The notes: generated by a model from the letters alone, not told the origin. A stretch of 64,000 bases of DNA from Myxococcales bacterium (GCA_016794445.1 JAEUKC010000164.1:4944-68943), one strand, 5' to 3'; shown: positions 34,738-46,096, numbered from the stretch's first letter. Translations and numbers: made by a program.

Positions 34738-37700
34738 TCAGCAGTCGCGGTCGTACGAGTACCCGCACGGGCCGAAGCCCAGGTAGTAGAGCGAGACGCG
34801 GACCTGGTTGAGGAAGCCGACGTAGAGGCGGAGCTTCTCCGCCGCGGCAGCGTCCTTCACGTCAGCCTTGGTGATCGCCACGGTCGTCCCCTTCTTGAGC
34901 GGACGGTGCGTGATCGGGTCGTACTTGGCCTTGAGCTGGGTCGAGCCGACCTTCACCGGCTCGCTCTCCACGTCGTAGGCCGCGAGCAGGAGCTCGTTGG
35001 CGTGCTCCATCATGCGGGCGCCGATGCCCTGGTCGACGATCTTGCCGGCGAGGGTCTCCTGGCCGAACGACTTGGCGTTCCACTCGATGCCCTCGGAGGG
35101 GTCGAAGAACACCACGCGCTCGCCGTCGGGGATCGTGATGGCCTCGGAGCTACCGGGGACCCAGATGCGGGTGCGGTTGATGAGGTCCATGCTGGAGTCG
35201 ATCGGCTGGTAGAGCATCATCAGGACGACCGCCGGGACCTTCTGCCGGAAGCCGAGCATCGGGTCGACGACCTTGCTGCCGGCCGGGCGGGTGATCTTGG
35301 TGACGTCGGCGTCCCAGAGCTTGAGGGTCGACAGCGGCGTCATGCCGAAGGCGTCCTTGGTGCTGGCGGGATCGATGTACGGACCGACGGTGTCCCAGTC
35401 GTCTGCCATGACGCCGGCGACCAGGCGGTCGAAGGCCTGCGGCAGCGCGCTGCGGAAGCTGAACATCACGTTGCGGCCGTCGAGATAGGTCTCGCGGGCG
35501 ACGGTGCTGAGCTTGGGACGGGCGTCGGTGAGGGCGATGGCGGCGAACGGCTTCTCGAGGAAGCTGCCGGCGCGGAACGCGTACGCACGGTAGTCGTACT
35601 GGCGCTTGAGATCGAAGCGGTGGTCGACGTAGCGCGCGTCACCGACGCCGAGCCAGAAGCTCGGGGTCACGCCGCCGATCGGCTTGGTGGGGTCGGCCTC
35701 TTCGGGCATGCCCGGAGCGACCGAGTAGAGGTCGTAGAGCGAGCCCGGCTGCTTGTTGAGCGTGTAGGCGCCCGGCTGCGGCCGGAGGAACGCCGACTGC
35801 ATCGCGTCGAACAGCTGGGTCAGCGAGAGGCTGCCGCCACGCGCCGAGTACTTCGCCGGATCCTCCTCGAAGCCCGAGCGGACGACGTCGGAGAGGGCGT
35901 TCCACTGGAGCGACTGCACGCGGTCGAAGAAGCGACCGTACATGCGGCGACCCGCGTTGGCGACGTTACGCTCGCGCCTTCCCATGCGGAAGAAGTAGTC
36001 GAGGTACATCATCCCGTAGCGATCCAGGATGTCCTGGGTCAGCTCGTAGAAGTCGGCGCCCGAGTCGTACACCATGCTGTGGACGTAGGCCGTGTTGCCG
36101 TCGCTGACCTTGTAGGGCCAGCGGCGACGGGTCAGGCCGTCCGAGCCCTTCCACGGACCGGCCGGGTTGGTCTCTGCATACTGGACCTTCCACTCGTCGG
36201 TCGCGGGGAAGCCCTGCGCGTTCGCCGAGACCATGTCGCGCACGAGCGCGTGGTCGCGGTGGGGCACCTGGCACACGAGCCCGAGGGCGCCGATGCCACG
36301 GTCCTTCTCCTCGGCGGTCTGCGGGCGGCAGCGCTTCGGATCGAACAGGTTCAGGCGGATGCCCATCTGCGTGTAGTGGGTGTCGGCGCCACCGATGTAC
36401 CAGGCGTCGGCGTTCATCAGGCCGAGGGCGCCCGCGAACGACTTGGCCGTGGCAGCGGAGTTCTTGACGAGGTTCTTGTCCTCGTCGTCGAAGAGCTCGA
36501 CCAGGCCACCGTAGATGTACTTCGCCGCCATCTTGTCGAACGGCGCGAGCTGCGCCGAGTAGATGGTGTCGAACTTGTAGTCCATCACGGAGTCGACCGC
36601 GTACGACTCGATCGAGTGGTGCTCAGCGCCCTTCTTGGTGCCGAGCTCTTCCTCGGTCAGCGGGTCGATGTAGCGCGGCCCGATGCAGGTGTCGGGCGAG
36701 CCCGGCGCGCGCGGGGTGGTCGGGTCGCACTGCTTGAACGACTCGGTCTTTCCCTGGGCGCGGTAGGTCCAGTACTCGGTGTTGTAGTTGATGGCGTCGT
36801 AGGAGCCAGCGAACTGGTGCTCCATCGACATGAGGTGACCCATCTCGTGGAGGAGCGTGAACTCGTACATCGGCTCGAGCAGCTCCTGGTAGATGAGCTT
36901 GCCGCGGAGCTTCTTGTCGATGGTCTGGCCCTCGACACCGGCTGCCTTGGCGATGCGACCGCTGGCCGCTGCGCCGTCCGGGTACTTGGACTTGTAGAAC
37001 GCCGCCGCGCCAGCGAGGTAGTTGAAGCGCAGCATCTCGTCCGGCCCGAGCGAGCAGGTGTGCTTCGCCTTGGCGCGGAAGAACTCCGTCTCGCCCTCGA
37101 TGGCGATGGAGGTGGGGTTCATCGCGCGGAGCGGCGAGACCGCGTCGAGGACGGGCTTGGTGGCCGCCTTGGTCGGGTCGATGCCCACGCTGGAGACCCA
37201 GAGGTCGTTGACGATGGACTGCTCGAGGCCCGCCTTCTTGGCCGCCTCGAGGCGCTGCGCGATCTTGGTGGTGTAGGCGGTCGTGTCGGCGAAGCCCGGC
37301 GTCCCGAGGGTCGCCTGCTTGGACACGTGCTGGTTCCACTTGATGAAGCGCTCGGCGTCGCTGGTCGTGCCCGCGAGCGCCTTGGCGGCGCCCGTCTTGG
37401 CCTGGAGACCCGCGATGTCCACGGCCTTGAGGCGCGCGTCCATCTCGGCCTTGGTCATGTGCTTCGGCGACATGACCTTGGTGAGCTCGCCCTGGAAGGC
37501 GTTCAGCGCCGGGTCGATGATCGGGTCGGTCTTGAAGTCGGCGGGCGCGGAGCCGTACCAGTCGACCGTCACGCCGGAGACGTACTCCGACGGCGTGAGG
37601 TCGCCGTTGACCAGCATGATCTGGTCGCGCATGTACGCCGAGTAGTCCTCGACGGACGCGCCGAAGATGTTGACGGTGGAGCCGATGTTCTCACCGGTGG

Positions 37701-39255
37701 TCGGGTCGCCCGACCAGACGATGACGCCGAGCGGCTTGTTGAAGGACGGGTTGTTCCACCACGCGATCATGTGCTCGCGGATGTCGCCCTTGCGGACCTT
37801 CTTGCCTTCCTGGCCGCAGGACGGGTGATCGCCCTTGAGCACCGGGTTGTGGCACATGACCACGACCTCGTCGCCCGTCGGCTCGTCCTCTTCCGCGGGG
37901 TTGATGGCGGCGTTCTTGAAGTACTTGCCGTGGCAGGCTTCACGCTCGCCGCCGGCGCGACGGCACTCGGCCTCGCGAGCGTAGGAGACCGCGCCCTTGA
38001 GGGCCTTGTTCCACTGGCCGAGCGCGTGCTCGGTGGTGGGCCAGAGGTACTCGGGCAGCTCGGGATCGAGGAAGAAGTCGATCTGGCGGACCTTGCGGTC
38101 GGTGTACGGGATCGTGCACCGCTTCGCGTTCATGTCACAGACGGAGTTGAGGCCGCCCGACGCCTCGGCGCAGGTGGCGTCGCCGTCCTTCTTGACGTTG
38201 TTCCCGCCGCAGATCGTCGCGGTGTGGGACTTGTCCCAGATGTTGTACTTCTGCTGGTAGATGTGCCAGGTGTCGTCGACGATGCCGTAGTTGCGATCGT
38301 AGCCGCTGCGGTCGAGCGTGAGGTTGGCCTGGATGTTCGCCATCCAGCTGGTGATCTCACCCGCCTCGTAGTCGCGACCCGCGTCCACCTTCCAGAACGA
38401 CGTCCGGAGCGTGACCTCCTGGTCGGAGCACTCGATGGAGCCTTCCGAGTAGGTGCTCGGGTAGAGGTTCATGTTCTGCAGGAGGCAGTACGGAACCTGG
38501 TAGCCGTAGTAGTCGAACGTCTCGGGGCCCGCGATCCAGCGGGAGGTGACGTCGAAGTAACCGCCGCCGATCTCGGCGAAGTTCGAGTAGTCGGCCGGCT
38601 TCTTGGGGTCGGCCTCGAAGAAGGCCACGGGCTTCCAGCGGAGGTCGCCGCCGAAGGTCTCCCACCAGAAGATCTGGTTCGGGTCACCGACCAGGTTCTG
38701 CGACCAGTCGACGCGGAAGTACTCGCGGGCGTACCAGGGCACGTCGGAGGCGTTCTCCTCGCGGACGTTGGAGACCTCGCCCGTGATCGGGTTGTAGGCC
38801 TGCTGGATGTTGAAGTGGCTGCGGATCGGGTAGACGGCGACGATGTAGCCCTCGATGGCCTTGTGCTTGGCCGCCGCGTCGCCGTTCGCCTTCACGCCGC
38901 CCTTGCCGTCGGTACCCTTGATGTACTCGTAGGCGTTGCGGACGATCAGGAAGTTCTCCGTGATCTCGAACCGCACGCGGCGGGTCAGGTCCTGGAGACC
39001 GTCGCTGAACCACGGGTTCGTGCGCTGGACCTGAGTGATCAGGCTGCGCATGTAGAACTCCGGAGCGTTCTCCGGGTGCTGGAGGTCACCGACGAAGTCG
39101 GACTTCTTGAGGGCGAGCGGCTGGACGCGATCGATCTCGTCCCGCTGCCCAGCGCACCCCGTCGTCGTACCGGCCGACCCGCTCACCGCGAGTGCGGCCA
39201 GGGCCGCCACCCCAAGGCTCCTCAATCCGAGCCTCTTGCGCCATCCGCTACGCAT
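34738..39255 (-). CDS. Giant metzincin-type zinc metalloprotease lipoprotein, paralog B
   Basis: ATG 39255 lies 6 nt after AGGAGG. MRSGWRKRLGLRSLGVAALAALAVSGSAGTTTGC carries a lipobox. HEMGHLMSMEH maps to nt 36817-36849. The protein is colinear with paralog A. 1505 aa. Confidence 0.8.
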   Translation of the reverse strand: MRSGWRKRLGLRSLGVAALAALAVSGSAGTTTGCAGQRDEIDRVQPLALKKSDFVGDLQHPENAPEFYMRSLITQVQRTNPWFSDGLQDLTRRVRFEITENFLIVRNAYEYIKGTDGKGGVKANGDAAAKHKAIEGYIVAVYPIRSHFNIQQAYNPITGEVSNVREENASDVPWYAREYFRVDWSQNLVGDPNQIFWWETFGGDLRWKPVAFFEADPKKPADYSNFAEIGGGYFDVTSRWIAGPETFDYYGYQVPYCLLQNMNLYPSTYSEGSIECSDQEVTLRTSFWKVDAGRDYEAGEITSWMANIQANLTLDRSGYDRNYGIVDDTWHIYQQKYNIWDKSHTATICGGNNVKKDGDATCAEASGGLNSVCDMNAKRCTIPYTDRKVRQIDFFLDPELPEYLWPTTEHALGQWNKALKGAVSYAREAECRRAGGEREACHGKYFKNAAINPAEEDEPTGDEVVVMCHNPVLKGDHPSCGQEGKKVRKGDIREHMIAWWNNPSFNKPLGVIVWSGDPTTGENIGSTVNIFGASVEDYSAYMRDQIMLVNGDLTPSEYVSGVTVDWYGSAPADFKTDPIIDPALNAFQGELTKVMSPKHMTKAEMDARLKAVDIAGLQAKTGAAKALAGTTSDAERFIKWNQHVSKQATLGTPGFADTTAYTTKIAQRLEAAKKAGLEQSIVNDLWVSSVGIDPTKAATKPVLDAVSPLRAMNPTSIAIEGETEFFRAKAKHTCSLGPDEMLRFNYLAGAAAFYKSKYPDGAAASGRIAKAAGVEGQTIDKKLRGKLIYQELLEPMYEFTLLHEMGHLMSMEHQFAGSYDAINYNTEYWTYRAQGKTESFKQCDPTTPRAPGSPDTCIGPRYIDPLTEEELGTKKGAEHHSIESYAVDSVMDYKFDTIYSAQLAPFDKMAAKYIYGGLVELFDDEDKNLVKNSAATAKSFAGALGLMNADAWYIGGADTHYTQMGIRLNLFDPKRCRPQTAEEKDRGIGALGLVCQVPHRDHALVRDMVSANAQGFPATDEWKVQYAETNPAGPWKGSDGLTRRRWPYKVSDGNTAYVHSMVYDSGADFYELTQDILDRYGMMYLDYFFRMGRRERNVANAGRRMYGRFFDRVQSLQWNALSDVVRSGFEEDPAKYSARGGSLSLTQLFDAMQSAFLRPQPGAYTLNKQPGSLYDLYSVAPGMPEEADPTKPIGGVTPSFWLGVGDARYVDHRFDLKRQYDYRAYAFRAGSFLEKPFAAIALTDARPKLSTVARETYLDGRNVMFSFRSALPQAFDRLVAGVMADDWDTVGPYIDPASTKDAFGMTPLSTLKLWDADVTKITRPAGSKVVDPMLGFRQKVPAVVLMMLYQPIDSSMDLINRTRIWVPGSSEAITIPDGERVVFFDPSEGIEWNAKSFGQETLAGKIVDQGIGARMMEHANELLLAAYDVESEPVKVGSTQLKAKYDPITHRPLKKGTTVAITKADVKDAAAAEKLRLYVGFLNQVRVSLYYLGFGPCGYSYDRDC

Positions 39256-39464
39256 CCAACGCCTCCTATCCGACTTGCCGCGTGAAGTGACACGGACGCA
39301 CGCCCGTGTCGGGGAGGCGCGTCGTGCAACTGTCACGCCAGGAAGTCAACGGCCCACATCCGGCGGCTTGCGGGCTCGGAGACCCTGGTGAGCCAGGGCT
39401 CGTTAGGCGACTGACGGGGCGGAGGAGGGGGTCGGCGATCGGGTCGCGCACGGTCGGACGGACC

Positions 39465-39493
39465 TTGACCGACCCTCCCTCCTGGCCTAACAC
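39465..39493 (+). promoter_or_regulatory. Putative promoter of the merR-isc operon
   Basis: TTGACC at 39465-39470, a 17-nt spacer, then TAACAC at 39488-39493, in the only AT-richer stretch upstream of GTG 39523. Confidence 0.25.
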
Positions 39494-39522
39494 TCACCCA
39501 CGCGTAAGAGTTAGAGATAGCC

Positions 39523-40086
39523 GTGACCCACCACAGACTCCCCATCCTGGATCCGAGCCCCGAAGAGGGGGTGTCACCTCTCGAGGCCTTGCTGTCGCCC
39601 GTGGCGGCAGGAGAGGCAGCGGTAGAGGAGCTGCTCCAGGTCGGGGATCTGGCCCAGCGGGCCGGCAAGACCGTGCGGGCGCTCCATCTGTACGAGGAGC
39701 TCGGGCTCCTCAAGCCGCACGCGCGATCGAAGGGGCGGTTCCGGCTCTATGGGCCCGACGCGCTCGTGCGCGTGCGCTGGATCGGCAAGCTGCAGGAGAT
39801 GGGGCTGTCGCTGGCCGAGATCGCCGCGCTCCTCCGGGGCTTCCAGAGCAGCGACAGCGCCGCCATCGCCATGCACCGCGTCCGCGAGGTGTTCGAGACC
39901 CGCCTCGCCGAGACCCGCGTCCAGCTCGACAAGCTCCGCTCGCTCGAGGCCGAGCTCGAGTCCTCGCTCCACTACCTCGACGTCTGCGACGTGTGCGACC
40001 CGGCTCGCCACACGGGCCAGTGCACCAAGTGCGACATGCACACGAACGAAGCGCCCGAGCTCGTGCTCGGAGTACAGAACGGATGA
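39523..40086 (+). CDS. MerR-family transcriptional regulator with a C-terminal CxxC-x8-CxxC motif
   Basis: HTH segment [35 protein letters not shown], a coiled-coil, then [20 protein letters not shown]. Its stop overlaps the iscS ATG as ATGA. Confidence 0.8.
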   Translation: MTHHRLPILDPSPEEGVSPLEALLSPVAAGEAAVEELLQVGDLAQRAGKTVRALHLYEELGLLKPHARSKGRFRLYGPDALVRVRWIGKLQEMGLSLAEIAALLRGFQSSDSAAIAMHRVREVFETRLAETRVQLDKLRSLEAELESSLHYLDVCDVCDPARHTGQCTKCDMHTNEAPELVLGVQNG

Positions 40087-41312
40087 CGACGATGCAGCTG
40101 CCGATCTACATGGACTACCACGCGACCACGCCGGTCGACCCGCGCGTGCTCGAGGCGATGCTGCCGTACTTCGGCGCGAAGTTCGGCAACGCGGCGAGCC
40201 GCAGCCACGCCTTCGGGTGGCAGGCCGAGGAGGCGGTCGAGACGGCGCGCGCGGAGATCGCCCGGCTCGTCGGCGGTCACCACGACCCGAAGTCGATCGT
40301 GTTCACGTCGGGCGCCACCGAGAGCGACAACCTCGCGATCAAGGGCGTGGCCGAGTTCTACCGCGACAAGGGCCGCCACATCATCACGACCAAGATCGAG
40401 CACAAGGCCGTGCTCGACACGTGCAAGCGCCTCGAGAAGGACGGCTTCACCGTCACCTACCTCGACGTCGACAAGCGCGGCATGGTCGACCCGGACGACG
40501 TGAAGAACGCCCTCACCGAGCAGACCATCCTGGTCTCGGTGATGCTCGCCAACAACGAGGTCGGCACGGTGCAGCCGCTCGCCGAGATCGGCAAGCTCAC
40601 CCGCGCGCGCGGCGTGCTGCTCCACACCGACGCAGTGCAGGGGATCGGCAAGGTCGACTTCGACGTCGACGCCATGAACGTGGATCTGGCCTCGATCACC
40701 GCGCACAAGATGTACGGCCCGAAGGGCGTGGGCGCACTCTACGTTCGGCGCAGCAAGCCGCGCGTGCGCCTCACCGCGCAGATGGACGGCGGCGGCCACG
40801 AGCGCGGCATGCGGTCGGGCACGCTCAACGTGCCGGGCATCGTAGGGTTCGCCAAGGCGGCCGAGCTCATGCGGACCGAGGGCAAGGCCGAGGCCGAGCG
40901 TCTTCGCGCCCAGCGCGACGCGTTGCACGCGCGGATCACCCGCGAGCTCGACGAGGTGCACCTCAACGGGCACCCCGAGAAGCGGCTCCCGGGCAACCTC
41001 AACCTGTCGTTCGCCTTCGTCGAGGGCGAGGCGCTCATCATGGCGATCAAGGACGTCGCGGTGAGCTCGGGCTCGGCCTGCACGAGCGCGTCCCTCGAGC
41101 CGAGCTACGTGCTCCGCGCGATGGGCGTCGGCGAGGAGGTCGCCCACTCCTCGATCCGCTTCGGCCTCGGGAGATTCACCACCGACGAGGAGATCGCCTA
41201 CGTGGCCGAGCTCGTCACCGGCAAGGTGAAGAAGCTCCGCGAGATGAGCCCGCTCTGGGAGATGCACAACGAGGGCATCGACCTCGCGAGCGTGCAGTGG
41301 GCCGCGCACTGA
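40083..41312 (+). CDS. iscS: Cysteine desulfurase IscS
   Basis: [34 protein letters not shown] (PLP Lys), [21 protein letters not shown] (catalytic Cys), C-terminal ...WAAH. Confidence 0.9.
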   Translation: MTTMQLPIYMDYHATTPVDPRVLEAMLPYFGAKFGNAASRSHAFGWQAEEAVETARAEIARLVGGHHDPKSIVFTSGATESDNLAIKGVAEFYRDKGRHIITTKIEHKAVLDTCKRLEKDGFTVTYLDVDKRGMVDPDDVKNALTEQTILVSVMLANNEVGTVQPLAEIGKLTRARGVLLHTDAVQGIGKVDFDVDAMNVDLASITAHKMYGPKGVGALYVRRSKPRVRLTAQMDGGGHERGMRSGTLNVPGIVGFAKAAELMRTEGKAEAERLRAQRDALHARITRELDEVHLNGHPEKRLPGNLNLSFAFVEGEALIMAIKDVAVSSGSACTSASLEPSYVLRAMGVGEEVAHSSIRFGLGRFTTDEEIAYVAELVTGKVKKLREMSPLWEMHNEGIDLASVQWAAH

Positions 41313-41350
41313 ACCTGGCTCGAAGCTGACGACATCCGAAGGACGACCCC

Positions 41351-41740
41351 ATGGCCTACTCGAACAAAGTCATCGAACACACCGAGAACCCGCGCAACGT
41401 CGGCACCCTGGACAAGGACTCGCCCGACGTCGGCACCGGTCTCGTGGGGGCGCCCGCCTGCGGCGACGTCATGCGCCTGCAGATCAAGGTCGAAGACGGC
41501 CGGATCACCGACGCGCGCTTCAAGACGTTCGGCTGCGGCTCGGCCATCGCCTCGTCGTCGCTCGCGACGGAGTGGCTCAAGGGCAAGACCCTCGACGAGG
41601 CCGAGCAGATCAAGAACACGATGATCGTCGAGGAGCTCGACCTCCCGCCGGTCAAGATCCACTGCTCGGTGCTGGCCGAGGACGCCATCAAGTCGGCGAT
41701 CGCCGACTTCCGTCGCAAGCGCGAAGGCAAGGCAGGCTGA
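41351..41740 (+). CDS. iscU: Fe-S cluster scaffold IscU
   Basis: NPRNVG, GAPACGDVMRLQI, FGCGSAIASSS, LPPVKIHCSVLAEDAI. Confidence 0.95.
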   Translation: MAYSNKVIEHTENPRNVGTLDKDSPDVGTGLVGAPACGDVMRLQIKVEDGRITDARFKTFGCGSAIASSSLATEWLKGKTLDEAEQIKNTMIVEELDLPPVKIHCSVLAEDAIKSAIADFRRKREGKAG

Positions 41741-41741
41741 G

Positions 41742-42131
41742 ATGTCCGAGGAAGCGACCGCCCCTCTCGCGGGCGGACCGAAGCCCGAGGCGAGCAAGCT
41801 CGCCATCTCGATCTCCGACTCGGCGGCGGTGGCGGCGCGCAAGCAGCTCGAGAAGCGCGGCACCCCCGGGTCGATGATCCGGCTCGGGATCCGCGGCGCC
41901 GGCTGTTCGGGCTTCACCTACGTCATCGAGTTCGAGGACGGCACGCCGCGCGAGGGCCGCGACCGCGTCTTCGAGCACGACGGCGTCAAGTTCGTCGTCG
42001 ACCGCAAGTCGCTGCTCTACCTGGCGGGCACCCAGCTGGACTGGGAGAAGAAGCTCATGAGCCAGGGCTTCAAGTTCGTGAACCCGAACGAGAAGTCGAG
42101 CTGCGGCTGCGGGCACAGCTTCACGGTCTGA
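41742..42131 (+). CDS. iscA: A-type Fe-S carrier IscA
   Basis: GAGCSGFTY ... NPNEKSSCGCGHSFTV. Confidence 0.9.
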   Translation: MSEEATAPLAGGPKPEASKLAISISDSAAVAARKQLEKRGTPGSMIRLGIRGAGCSGFTYVIEFEDGTPREGRDRVFEHDGVKFVVDRKSLLYLAGTQLDWEKKLMSQGFKFVNPNEKSSCGCGHSFTV

Positions 42132-42132
42132 C

Positions 42133-42651
42133 ATGGACCCGTTCGAGACCCTCGGGATCGCGCGGCGGTTCCTCCTCGACGTGCGCGAGGTCGAGCAGAA
42201 GCACCGCGACCTGTCGAAGGCGTTGCACCCCGACCGACACACCGCGTCCACGAGCGCCGAGCGGCGGGTCGCGCTCTCCCGTGCGATCGAGGTGAACGAG
42301 GCCTTCCGCATCGTGCGCGATCCCGTGCGGCGCGCCGAGGCGTTGCTCGCGCTCGCGGGCGTGCCCGTGGGCGAGACCCGCGAGCCCAAGCCCGATCAGG
42401 AGTTCCTGATGCAGGTGCTCGAGGACCGCGAGGCGCTCGAGGCCGCGCACGAGACGCGAGACCCGGCCGCCGTGGCCGTGGTGCTGGGGCGCGCCCAGAA
42501 GCTGCGCGCGAGCGCGGAGGAGGCCCTCGCGCTCGCGCTCGACGACGGGGGCGACCCGGCCCTCGCGGTTCCGTTTCTCGGTCGCCTGCGCTACGCGGCC
42601 CGGTTCGTGGAAGAAGCCCGGCGCGCCGAGGAAGACCTCGAGAACCCCTGA
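42133..42651 (+). CDS. hscB: J-type co-chaperone HscB
   Basis: J-domain with LHPDRH (HPD). Position between iscA and hscA. Confidence 0.8.
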   Translation: MDPFETLGIARRFLLDVREVEQKHRDLSKALHPDRHTASTSAERRVALSRAIEVNEAFRIVRDPVRRAEALLALAGVPVGETREPKPDQEFLMQVLEDREALEAAHETRDPAAVAVVLGRAQKLRASAEEALALALDDGGDPALAVPFLGRLRYAARFVEEARRAEEDLENP

Positions 42652-42653
42652 TC

Positions 42654-44566
<1,913 letters not shown>

Positions 44567-44567
<1 letters not shown>

Positions 44568-44935
44568 TGCCCACCGTTCGCTGGCCGGAAGAAGGCCTCG
44601 AGATCGAGGTGCCGATCGGCACCGACCTGCGCACCGCGGGCAAGCTCGCCCACGCCCAGCAAGGCGACGCCTGTGGTGGCAAGTGTGCTTGCTCGACCTG
44701 TCACGTCTACGTGCTCGGCGGCCGCGAGATCCTCGCCGAGGCCGACGAGGACGAGGAGGACACGCTCGACAAGGGCTTCGACGTGCGGGCCAACAGCCGC
44801 CTCGCGTGCCAGGCCAAGGTGGCCCGCGAGGGCCTGGTCACCCTGTCGATCAGCCGCGAGTCCCGGGAGAGCTTCTACAACGAACACGCCGACGAGGCGC
44901 CGCCCGGCTGGCGGGAGGCCCGTCCGGCGAAGTAG
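44567..44935 (+). CDS. fdx: [2Fe-2S] ferredoxin (ISC-type Fdx)
   Basis: CGGKCACSTCHVYV ... SRLACQ. Overlaps the hscA stop by 1 nt (TGATG). Confidence 0.85.
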
Positions 44936-44944
44936 GCTACCTTC

Positions 44945-45763
44945 ATGGAAGGTGAGCTGTTCGAGCTCGAGCTCCTCGGGGGTTTCACCGAGAAGCGCTA
45001 TCGGATGATGCGCCCCGAGGTCGAGGCCATGCCGTGGGACACCCTCGATCCGTCGCTCTACGAGGAGCGGGATCTGGTGCTCGCGCGCAAGGCGTGGACC
45101 GGCGCCGCCTTCCAGGAGCACCGCACCGGCATCGCGTGCTGCTCCACGCTGCGCGCGCTCATCGAGTGCCGCGCGCCGCTGGATCTCGTCGCGGTGGCCT
45201 CGCGCTTCCCGCTCGACGAGATGGTCCACGTGGAGCTGTGCGCGCGCATGGCGATGGCGCTCGGCGGCGGCACCGAGATCGTGCACGATCCGCTCAAGCT
45301 CGCGATGGACGCCGACCCGAAGTGGTCGCCGATCGTGCGCGCCGCGGATCTGGTGGCGCGGTTCTTCTGCGTCGGCGAGACGCTGTCGATCCCGCTCCTG
45401 CGCGGCACCTGGAAGGCCGCGCGGCACCCGCTCTCGAAGGCGATCCTCGGGCGCATCGTGAAGGACGAGGCCGCGCACGGCACGTTCGGGTGGACGTTCA
45501 TGGACTGGGCGCTCCCCCAGCTCTCGGACGACGACAAGGTGCTGGTGGCAAAGCGCGCCGACCTCGCGATCAAGGCAATTTCCCGGCAGTGGAAGGCGCT
45601 GCGCGACAAGCCCAAGGCCAAGAACGCCGAGGCGCACCCGCTCGGGTGGATGGAGACGGAGCCCTACCTCGCGCTCGCCGAGCGCTCGATGCAGACGCTG
45701 GTCGTCGACCGGTTTCGTACGCGCGGCTTCCCGGTCACCTGGCCGGTACCCGGCCGCGGGTGA
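44945..45763 (+). CDS. Ferritin-like (di-iron carboxylate-type) protein
   Basis: Two E-x2-H-type segments (LDEMVHVELCARM and VKDEAAHGTFGW) in a helical 272-aa protein. It starts 9 nt after fdx. Confidence 0.5.
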   Translation: MEGELFELELLGGFTEKRYRMMRPEVEAMPWDTLDPSLYEERDLVLARKAWTGAAFQEHRTGIACCSTLRALIECRAPLDLVAVASRFPLDEMVHVELCARMAMALGGGTEIVHDPLKLAMDADPKWSPIVRAADLVARFFCVGETLSIPLLRGTWKAARHPLSKAILGRIVKDEAAHGTFGWTFMDWALPQLSDDDKVLVAKRADLAIKAISRQWKALRDKPKAKNAEAHPLGWMETEPYLALAERSMQTLVVDRFRTRGFPVTWPVPGRG

Positions 45764-45775
45764 TACATTGACCGG

Positions 45776-46096
45776 ATGTCCACACCGCCCCCCGACAAGA
45801 AGCGTGGTCGCAAGCTCCTCGTCGCCGCGGTCGGCGTGGCCACGGTGTCGTACGTGATCGCGTGCAGCAGCACGACGTCCGGCAACCTCATGCCGCCCGA
45901 AGACACCGGCAAGGTCGACGGTGGCGGCGAGGCAGGGGACACGGGCTTCGACGTGAGCTCGGGCAACCTCGTCGCGCCGGACACGGGCACGCCGGACACG
46001 AGTACGCCCGACGGGGATGCGGCGGCCGACACGGGCGGCTTCGACGTGAGCTCGGGCAACCTGGTCCCGCCCGACACGGGCAGCGACGGCGACTGA
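45776..46096 (+). CDS. Small Asp/Gly-rich lipoprotein with an internal repeat
   Basis: KKRGRKLLVAAVGVATVSYVIAC carries a lipobox. DTG(G)FDVSSGNLV[AP]PDTG is repeated at nt 45938-45988 and 46028-46081. Confidence 0.55.
   Translation: MSTPPPDKKRGRKLLVAAVGVATVSYVIACSSTTSGNLMPPEDTGKVDGGGEAGDTGFDVSSGNLVAPDTGTPDTSTPDGDAAADTGGFDVSSGNLVPPDTGSDGD

Noticed and set aside
30491-39285. 1431-aa and 1556-aa plus-strand ORFs across the metalloprotease genes.
   Set aside because: They are antisense shadows. The minus-strand frames contain lipoboxes, HExxH sites and strong AGGAGG ribosome-binding sites.
39421-39485. Imperfect long-range inverted repeat ggaggagggggtcgg ... ccgaccctccctcctgg upstream of the MerR gene.
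   Set aside because: Only about 7 bp are contiguous, with a ~33-nt loop. In GC-rich purine/pyrimidine tracts this is compatible with chance, so I make no operator or riboswitch call.
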